A stretch of 59,559 nt of DNA, from positions 1,720,502 through 1,780,060 of the forward strand of contig NW_003314280.1 of assembly GCF_000143415.4 (NCBI RefSeq), given 5' to 3'. A model generated the notes under the pieces. It saw only the letters and a list, made by a program, of their open reading frames with translations, searched no databases and had not been told where the DNA came from. The stretch comes from Selaginella moellendorffii (taxonomy: Eukaryota; Plantae; Lycopodiophyta). Below are positions 50,173 through 59,559 of the stretch, piece after piece (position 1 is the stretch's first letter; the number at the start of each line of letters is the position of its first letter). The translations under genes and the position numbers were made by a program.

Positions 50173-53100
50173 GGTAACAGAAATGCAATATCAATTGCCC
50201 GTTTGATCAGCTGGATGGACTGATATCCCTAAGGAGTAATATGCTCTTTAACCAGCGTTCTTGCTTCCCCACGACCGCCTGACATTGTCAGCCCTATGAT
50301 TCCATGCGGCACAATGCAGACATCCTCGGGGAGTTATACAATGACATCCCACGTCCAGCACAGGATGAACGTATGGATCTCACCCAGAAATTTTAAGCCA
50401 CTTCATTGATGGAAGTTCTTTCCTTCATTTTGATGCATCCTCGCGATGCTCTCAGTCTGCATTTCCACTCGAAGTTCTGTGCTCCGGCTATGCAGCTGTG
50501 CCATCCTTGCACAATCACTCTAAATGCCCTAAAAGCTTTGATGACTAATTTTTGAGCCAGGAAAGATTTTAGACTTCTTTAATCTGCAACAACTTGAGAA
50601 CTGTTGAGGATTAGAAGGGCTTCAACCTGGAGGTGATCGACTTGGAGCTTTGTGAATAGAACGATTAATACATTTGTCTTCAACACAGAAAGATACTAAG
50701 AAAGGTGGCAGAAAAGATTATTAATCGAAGGAAAATAAACACCACTGTGGAAGTTTTGTTGCTTGAAGCTCTTTCGCTGTTTCCAGCCAAAGAACAAACT
50801 CTGTTGATTAAAAAAATTCTGGAAACGAAAGGGCTTGTGTGAAGAGTGAGCCAGGACTGACTGTCACTCACATTGCCTTTATCCTCCTTTGCTGCCAGCA
50901 TCCTTCTCAAATTTTACAGGTTTGTGCTGGAATCTTTAAATGCAGGGAGTGTGAAGTGAGTACTACTCTTCCAGAGCCTACTTTTTTTAATGAAGAAGAG
51001 TCTAAAGCTATTCACATGCTAATCTCAAGTTTAAAATGTTTATATAACATCTCCAGGCTGTGCAACATCTCACTTGAAAGTGAGTGTTTTAAAGTTGGAT
51101 TCTTAATTTAGTAATAGTTATAATACCTAAGTTTCAAGAGAATAGTCTCAGGAGAAAGCCAGCAGCTTCACGCAGAGGCGGAGGAGGCTGGCTGAGGCGC
51201 AGGGCAAGCAGATGAGCACCATCAATCTAACTATTAGACGACAGTCTATCCTAGTTGTCAGGGTATAATGTTTAGAACTAATTAGATTGTTAAATCCCAT
51301 AAAGCATTAAAGAAGAATTCATTGAAATCATTCCCATCATTTATATATCTATATCTTCAAGAATGCTGGAAGGCCAGCTCAATGATCCTAACAAAATCTC
51401 ACTTTGGGCAGTTTTAATCATCTATAGTCATATGGTTTGGAAGTTGATGATCTATAGCTTGAGAATGGTATTTATGCTTTGCTGATAGCCTTGAGCTTGA
51501 GCAGTCATGACACCTGCTTGAAATAGAGGTCAATTGTTTGCTTACAGTGCCTCAAAGCTGTGCCAAGATGTGGTTTAAGGAAGGATGGTCTTGATGAGCC
51601 AGAAACATATATCATGCTTTCAAACCTTTACAACTAATAGATCTTGTTTGAGATGTTTTCATGTACAACTTTGGCCACTACAATCTTAGTATGTTGTGAG
51701 TGCTAGCTTTGATAGCATTTTGGATGCTGGATTTTTTTTCTATATTTTTAAGGTGTTATGATAATTGATAAATGATAAATAATTTCTGAATTATTCATAT
51801 TAAGAGTGACAGAGCCTTATTAAAATTCATAAATTTTATGATAAATTCAAAGAAAATTAAGTTTTTCTGCTAAGTGCAAAAATTTATTAGATCTTGTAGC
51901 ACTTCAACATTACTTTAATAATATATTATAAAAAACAGAATAGAATATGATAGTGGTTTTCTGTATAAGGTTTTTTAATTAATGACAGATACAAGCTTGT
52001 TCTTGACCTCAAATTGCCCACCTACCCCACTTTAGCTAGAATGCTATAATGCTATAATGAGCAATGTTTCTCCACACAAATTAGCTAGCTATGGAACATG
52101 TGGCCAGAGGTCTTATGTCAAATCTATCAAATGAGTCCATGAGCAAGAGAGAGCCATCCAGGCTCCCCTTTCCCTTGATTATGTCCAGTGATAGAAGAGA
52201 GATTTCTAGTGTTCTCTGTTGGATATGAGTGCATCTTCACCAGTTGCCACTCTCTATCACTAATAAGGAAATTTTAATGTCCTTTAAAATGCATTATTAT
52301 TAAAATTTTGTTTGCCACCTTGAGGCCATGACCTGGTACTTATTAGGAGAGTATAAATGTGGTGGCAGAGGTCCTAGTGCCATAGTTTGAGCCACCAGGA
52401 ACAGTTGAATCTTATATAAATTTAAATTTTTATAAATACTATCTTAGCCATTAATTATATTATAAGATTTAATCTCAGCCATAAGGAAAAGAATATTCTA
52501 AGAATGTCCTCAAGAATTTGATAACTCAAAATAGATTTTTATTAAATTCAAGAGTATAAGTTGATTATATTTTAAGATACTGTTTAATATGAAAAATATT
52601 AAAATAATTATAAATCAATTAAAATTAAATAAATATTGAAAAAAATAAAATAATAAAATAAAATAAGAAATTACCAAATAAAATTTTAACATATTATTAA
52701 AAGAAGTTTTTATTTACATAAGCATGAACCTTACCAAATAATGTTTTAAAGAAACATAATAATAATAAAACTAGAAATATTAAGTGATTCATTATTATAA
52801 ATATCCATTTAGTATGCAGATGGCAGATAGAGGCACTAGAGATGGCTTTGTGTCAAGGTTAGAAGCTAGAGCAGTGGGAGAAACCAACAATGTGGGAACT
52901 AAAAAGGCTAACCATATTAGTGGTGGAGAGACTTTGTTGCAAAAGCTGCAATAAGTGTCAAGTTTACCAAAGGGATGTTCTAGTTGATGGCTTTGAATTT
53001 AAGTTCGAGGCCTTGGATCTACATATCCTTTTTCTTACCCAATATATCGGCTAGAAGAGGACTTGGTGGCCCAAGAGGACTTGCCAAGGGTGCCCTTCAC

Positions 53101-53478
53101 TCTTTGAAAGAACAATGGAATAGAAAATGAAAAAGGGCTTAGTTTTTCTTTGATTTCTTCATATATGCTCATATGAGCTGATTTTAATCTTATTTATTCA
53201 AAAATTTAGAAGGACTTGTTAATACATAACTTTTGATACCTACATATTTGCAACAAAGGAGCTATAGGTGATCAATATCTATGCCATCCACATTGATATA
53301 GTTGACATTCTCCAAAGGTAAAACCTCTTATACTGTGTTGCCATACTTGTTTAGACTGTAAGCAACCAAAGGGAACGACTCGAAAACGATCCATAGGGGT
53401 TCAAATATAGAGGGAAAGGGCCCATAAACAAGAGTGCACCCCCTTTTCCAATCGGTTAAGGGTCTTGGGATACTTGGG

Positions 53479-53533
53479 GTTAAGTGTCCTTGGGTTTGAA
53501 TAGTACTGGGCTGGGTGACCTCCCGGGAAGTCC
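53479..53533 (+). promoter_or_regulatory. 5S rRNA-derived internal Pol III promoter (A box to C box) in the 5' LTR
   Basis: GTTAAGTGTCCTTGGGTTTGAATAGTACTGGGCTGGGTGACCTCCCGGGAAGTCC aligns with plant 5S GTTAAGCGTGCTTGGGCGAGAGTAGTACTAGGATGGGTGACCTCCTGGGAAGTCC. Confidence 0.88.
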
Positions 53534-53877
53534 AAACTCAGAAGCTTACATTTGGTATCAGAGAGGTCTCGGGTCCGACTCTGTTGGTTGGCTAAGGGAA
53601 TCGCACCACATGTTGATTGACATCTGGCTGGTCCAGTTTGCTCCCACTGGGCTCGACCCGAGGGGTAGGGTGTCAAGAGAGCGGGGCTCTCAGGAGAGCT
53701 ACGGCTCTCAGCTTCCGTTCACGAGGGCGTGAACTTGCAGGGAAGCGTGGTGGATTGTAAACAACTAAAGGGAACGACTCGAGAACGATCCATAGGGGTT
53801 CAAATATAGAGGGAAAGGGCCCATGAACAAGAGTGCACCCCTTTTTCCAACCGGTTAAGGGTCTTGGGATATTTGGG

Positions 53878-53932
53878 GTTAAGCGTCCTTGGGTTTGAAT
53901 AGTACTGGGCTGGGTGACCTCCCGGGAAGTCC
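53878..53932 (+). promoter_or_regulatory. 5S rRNA-derived internal Pol III promoter in the 3' LTR
   Basis: Same segment, with the A box GTTAAGCGT intact. Confidence 0.88.
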
Positions 53933-55028
53933 AAACTCAGGAGCTTACATAGACATACTCCTTATCTTGTAGATTTTCCATTGCCCCTAATGGGTTAGTG
54001 CATTCTTCTACTTGAAAAGGAAAAAAATATGACTAGAAATCCCTATATCTATTAGGCAACTTTATCATAAAAGGATAAAAATTTTCTGAGAATATTTTTA
54101 GCTCATCTCAAGCATGCTCTACCCATAATATAAAAGATCTATCTCTAAGAAAAATCACTCCAACTTCATTGTAAGCCAGATATACTTTCTATATATCTTC
54201 TATGGCTTCTATAAAGTCAACACATGTGCCTCCATGAAAATTCTTAGAAAAATGCCTAGGGTACAAATTCTAAAAGTTTAAGTACTAGGTCTGAAACAAT
54301 CTAAAGCAAATTGGATCCAAAATAATGATACAGTAATCTCCAATATTAGTTCCAATATTAAGTTTAAATACAAAGGATAGATGGTGCTCAAAATGATTTT
54401 GCTTATTGGATGAGCATTACTTTTAGTTCCATAACTATATTTTAAATATTATTAATTAAAGTATATAGAAGGAACAGCTTAACTTTTGATTATATGTTTT
54501 TGACCCTTTTACTTACATATTTCTTAATATTATAAAATATTAATTATTAAATTATATTTTATTTGTTTATAATTTGTTTAATATAATATAAAAAGTCAAA
54601 ATTCAATCATAGTGTTTATAGTTCATTGAAATAATAATTTATTAAGTCTTAAAAATCTAATCTAATAATAACATTTAAGGATATAAATGCTTGGGATATG
54701 GGAATAGATATATTAATAGTGGTTTAGACCTTGCTTATATACATGAATGGATAAACTAAATTTCTTTCCAAATAGATAATCCATATGTTATATTACTATG
54801 TATTACTAGGGTAGAGCAAAAGCAAAAAGATAATCTTGAACTCTAAGCAAAATATTCAATTACAATTTATAGTACCCCTCACCTCCACCAATATAAGTGC
54901 TCAAGATATGAGAATAAGTATATTCATTGAGATTTAACATCCTTCTTATATAAAGAAATAAATTTAGTTCTAAATGTAATGTTTATATATTGTACTACTA
55001 TAATTAGTATATTAATTATAATACATGA

Positions 55029-55060
55029 ACACACACACACACACACACACACATACACAC

Positions 55061-55091
<31 letters not shown>

Positions 55092-55104
55092 AGAGAAGAG
55101 AGAG
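55029..55104. repeat. Compound microsatellite (CA)n(TA)n(GA)n
   Basis: Directly visible. Confidence 0.95.
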
Positions 55105-55492
55105 GACAAAATTTATAAGGATATTAAAAGAAACATAAACTTAGCTACAACATTTTAGATTTTTTAAAATATATATAAATTCAAAATGTTCAAATATTTT
55201 GAGGTTTTACAACTTATAAATGCTAATAATCATTTTAACTTACAAAAATGCAGCAGCCATTATTACTATTCAACACTATCTTAAAGAAAGAACTATACAG
55301 CTTAATTTACTATGTGTTACATTGCAATAATACCATATTTTCTTATTTATAATTTAGATATTGTTTCTATAGATTATTTTATTACCTTTTATCCAGATAA
55401 AATCTATTATTTTTATATTACTTAGGGTATTTTTAGTATTTTTAAATTTATTTTTCTATTATTATTTTTACTTGCTTTTGATGTGTTTCTAG

Positions 55493-55634
<142 letters not shown>

Positions 55635-56699
55635 CTAATATTTCTATTTTCAAATATTCTATGTTTTTTATGATTTATATGTCTATTTGTAACATTGCTA
55701 TATGTATATGTTCACTTATATATGTTTTGATATGCTATAACAAATATTGTACTTTAAAATACTCCTGGTAATCATCCTAATTGTTTAGAGTATGTGCTCT
55801 TTATAATGATCCTAATTTTTTGTGTTATCCTTCAAGAAATATTACATACAAAAATTATGAAGAATCTTATTCTTACTAAATAATATGAAATATATGTGTA
55901 ATAATGAAAAACATTCTCGAGATATTCTCAGAGAACAAATAGTTTGTTTTTCAAGCCAACCTTTGGCACTCAATCTTTGCCACCCAGTCCAATTCCATCG
56001 ACATCCTGATTGGGACAAGCCAATTCTAAGATTTTTCACTCCATGATAGGAGGCACCTCTTAACTCAAGGATGTCAAGAGAACAAGCTATAGCAGCCAAT
56101 ACCAACTTTGATGCTGAAGTGATTGGGCAATGCATGGCATTGGCTATCAACCTAAATTCATTGGTCTCATATTTCTTGGGTTTGGAGGAAAACATATAAA
56201 TAGTTACACTATATTATTCTAGGTAAATTGAATTTGTTTTCATTTAATTATTTAACTTTTTTGATACTATTTATAGTGTCTTAAGTTCTAAATTTATTAA
56301 TTAATTTAAATAAATTAAATGTCAATTTTTTTTACTATTTTGTTTACATTCTTATTAGCAATAAAGCTTTTAACTCTTAGAACTCACTGGGATTCTCCAC
56401 AAGTTTCTGGCAGCACAAGCATAGAAGAGCACGTTTCCAAAGCATTTCTCTAGAAGAAGTGGTGTGAATCAAGAGTTCTTCCATGCACGGCCATCCTTGC
56501 ATGCAACCCCCACATTAAACAGTTGAAAAAAAATATGAAGCGATGCATTGCATCAATGATGCTTAATTATATACAATCTTCACCGACCTATACTAATTTT
56601 CATTATTCTTGTCACCTGCCTTAGACATTTAAGGTAGGCTTTCCATCCTTCCTTAGCTTAGTTGAAAGTGAAACCCATTCACATGTTTTATGAGCATTC

Positions 56700-59559
56700 T
56701 TGTTTGCAAGTCCATTGATAAAGTACTCTACATGCAACTTTTCAAGCCAGTTTGCAACTCAAGCAGTACTCTCATATGTACTTTTCCAAACTCTTAGTGT
56801 TGCCAGCCAATATTCATGTCATGATGAACACAACCAAACTCTTTTGAGATACATTAATGGCCCCAAACCATATCATCATGTTTGTCATGGTCTTCATGCT
56901 TAGGATAATCTCATGCTTTGGTAACCTCCTCTAATAGTGAAGTGTTATGAAATTACAAAGCCACCAAACATAACCTATGGAATACACCACTTGGTTCTAC
57001 TCACAAAGCCTAGTAGGTCATGGAACCCTAAATCTTCCTATATTTGTCCTTAGTATGTAGCCACCAGACTCAAGATTGTATGTGACTTCAAAGCCAAGAA
57101 AGTAGGAGACTTGGCCAAGGTCCCTCATTTGGAATTGCTGGTTGAGAGCAGCTTTTAGAGTAGCAATGGCATTGGTGTCATGAGCAAATCATCAATGTAG
57201 AGGGCCACAATAAGCATGCTCTCAGCATGACCATTCACATACACATTGTCATCAGCATAACAGTGATGAAAGCCTTGAGCATGTAGGGTGGCATCAAATT
57301 TTTGATACCAAATATGGTAGTTCTGTTTTAGGCCATACAAAGTTTTTCACAATTGCCATATAACACCATCAGGGGCAACATCGTCCTCAAAACCAGAAGG
57401 TATATGCATATAGATGTCCTCTTGCAAATCCCCATTTACAAAAATGCAATTTTGACATCCATATGTTGGACTTGCCATTTGTGAGTAGCTGTAAGTGCAA
57501 AAAGGGTATGGAGGCTGGCCATTTTTACAACCGGTGAGAATGTTTCATTGTAGTTAAGGCTATGGACTTGGCGAAAATTGTGAACAACAAATTGTGCCTT
57601 ATGACATACAACCTGACCATCTTTCCCATACTTTTTGGAAGAAAATCCATTTTGGATCCAAAACACGTCGTCCCGGTGGTGCTGAATCAATTGGAACATA
57701 AAGTCCATTAATGCGAATGGAAGCAACTTCTTCTGCAATGGCTTCCATCCAAGATGGAGCCTTAGGTCCTAAGACGGCCTCATCATAGGTCATGGGGATG
57801 CCAATGTCAACAAGGCCACAAAAGTCATCAAGCTCTGCAATATCTGCTTCAGCATTTTCCCGGACTTTCAATGAGGGCTGATGTTCCTGGGGGTGGTCAA
57901 GAACTGGCATTGGATCAGGCATGCCACAACGTCGACAAGTGGGTGGAAGGTGTTGAGGGCCTATCCTCGACTGGAGGAGCATTAGCTGTTTCAAGCATGT
58001 CCAAAAGTGGAGGATTCTCCAGTGGAATCTCTAGTGGCAACTCATGAATAGGATCTTGAGGCGGAGGCAAGAGTGGACCATCGCAATGAAAGAAGGATCT
58101 TGAAGAGCCTCTGTACGCATAGGAAAGTCATCTTCATTGAACTTGACATCTGTGCTTACAAGAGCCTTGTGAGATGCAAGATCCCACAACTTGTAAGCTT
58201 TTCTCTTGATGGTGTCGTCTTGTGTATATCCTACGAAGATGAATTTTTTACTTTTGGGATCTTGCTTTTTTCGAAGTTGATCAAGGGTATATGCGTAAGA
58301 CCCAAAAGTGGGACACATCAGGAGTAGAACTTATCCAAAATACCTTAGGGGTTTTTCCATCCAAAGCAGCCTTGGCAAGGTGATTTTGGACATGCATTGC
58401 TGTGGCTATGGCCTTTTGCCAAAACATCTTGTCAAAATGTGCATCAACTAACAAAGTGTGAATAGCATTGGTAAGAGTGTGATTTTTCCTTTTTGCAACA
58501 CCATTTTGCTAGGGGGTGTAGCGGGCTGTGGCTTGCAGTCGTATGTCTACATCACGACAGATGCCTTGAAGCTCATTGTTGAGGTATTCACCACCACCAT
58601 CAACTTGAAAAGCTTTTATCTTTCAATCAAGGAGATTTTCAATGTAGGCTTTGTACATTTGAAAGGTAGCAACTGCATCACTCTTACGCATCAAGAAGTG
58701 GATGCATGTTCGATGGCTATAGTTATCAATGAATGTGACGAAATATCTTGCACCATCGTGGCTTGGCACATCCATAAGGATGTAAAGATCAGAATGGACT
58801 AAGTCCAGAAATCCAATTGCTCGATGCTTGCTCAACGAAAAATTCCGGTGGTGATGCTTGTCTAAAATGCAAGCTTCACAAAATATAGATGGGATACATT
58901 GGAAATCCAATCCAGTAATAATATCTTGGGATTTCATCTGTTGAAGAGATTTGTAATGGATATGACCAAGTTGCTTATGCCAAAGCTCCGCACGAGAATT
59001 TGCCTCCACAGTTTGAAAGGCCTGAATCTGGTCAGCAGCAGTAATCTCATACAAGTCCCCAAATGCATGGCCCACGAAGCAACTGTGTACCAAGTATGTG
59101 AAAGTCACTAGAGTCAACCAAAGAGACTCCCTTTGCATCAAAGACTACCACTGCATTTTGATCACATATTTTAACAATGGACATTAAGTTTCATTGCAAG
59201 GAGGAAATATGCATGGCACAATCAAATGCCATGGTCCTCTTATGATCAAGTGAGAGCTGAAATTGCCAAATGCCTTCCATGGGGATAGTGGTATTGTCAC
59301 CTAAATAAACACCATGTTTTCCAATGTTTAGCTGATAACACTCAAAAATACACTTCTTATTGCCCATAAGATTAGTACAACAAAAGTCTAGAAGTCACCT
59401 ACTTGGTGTTGCAATTGCCTCTATGTTGTAGAGCTCCTCAACAGCCTCATTTGCTATAGCAATTCCATCACCCTCGAGCAAATTGGGTTTTGCCGGCATA
59501 GCTAGTCGCTTGACAGGCTTGGGAGCAAGGCAATCTCGAGCCCAGTGGCCCATCTCCAA
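56700..59559 (-). mobile_element. Degenerate Ty1/copia pol running off the right edge (appears distinct from the 4888 family)
   Basis: GAG-pre-integrase LWHKQLGH/CEAC, integrase LVHSDL...YFVTFIDNYS, SH3 FIFVGY...YKLWD, and RT ETFSPVVK, HMDVKIAFL, YGLKQ, ALYIDDLL. Many stops. Confidence 0.92.

Larger units (their letters stand above)
53357..53949 (+). mobile_element. Cassandra-type TRIM: 194-bp LTRs (53357-53550, 53756-53949) with 205-bp non-coding interior
   Basis: TG..CA LTRs differ by about 9 transitions. TSD TAGAC at 53352-53356 and 53950-53954. PBS TGGTATCAGAG (Met-tRNA) at 53553. Purine-rich tract before the 3' LTR. 5S-derived segment in each LTR. Confidence 0.95.

Noticed and set aside
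50220-51700. Possible gene or TE remnant upstream of the peroxidase; likewise 55842-56195, 10990-11440 and 860-1830
   Set aside because: Short ORFs with no recognisable motif. A translated homology search would be needed.
53479-53932. Functional 5S rRNA genes
   Set aside because: Only about 55 nt of the 120-nt gene, no 5' half or oligo-T terminator, and embedded in LTRs.

Overview
Compact plant genomic DNA with 50-90 nt introns, PLS/DYW PPR fragments and plant gene families. I infer a lycophyte such as Selaginella, but the sequence does not prove it. Bases 1-47 kb are a heavily rearranged, self-duplicated locus. The block 1-3360 is inverted at 27085-30370, 3420-8197 is inverted at 33822-42420, and 8196-17110 recurs directly at 17113-23870. 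The block 43865-46938 is inverted at about 30660-33668. Genes that look intact are a polyol/monosaccharide transporter (25003-26818), a COMT-type O-methyltransferase (46669-47992) and one or two DFR/CCR-like reductases out of five copies. A class III peroxidase carries a single 2-nt frameshift. PPR-DYW, PCC13-62, B3, PGDH and PASTICCINO1 are present as broken copies. Mobile elements are two copies of a degenerate copia, a full-length MULE with 9-bp TSD and a visible empty site, a second copia at the right edge, and a 593-bp Cassandra-type TRIM with 5S rRNA promoter boxes in both LTRs. The most notable items are an OMT-derived hairpin with a stem of about 560 bp and a TATA promoter in each arm (candidate siRNA or proto-miRNA locus against the neighbouring OMT), a candidate reductase-OMT-peroxidase metabolic cluster, the Cassandra element, and an inferred 16.7-kb inversion that split a PPR-DYW copy at one shared breakpoint.
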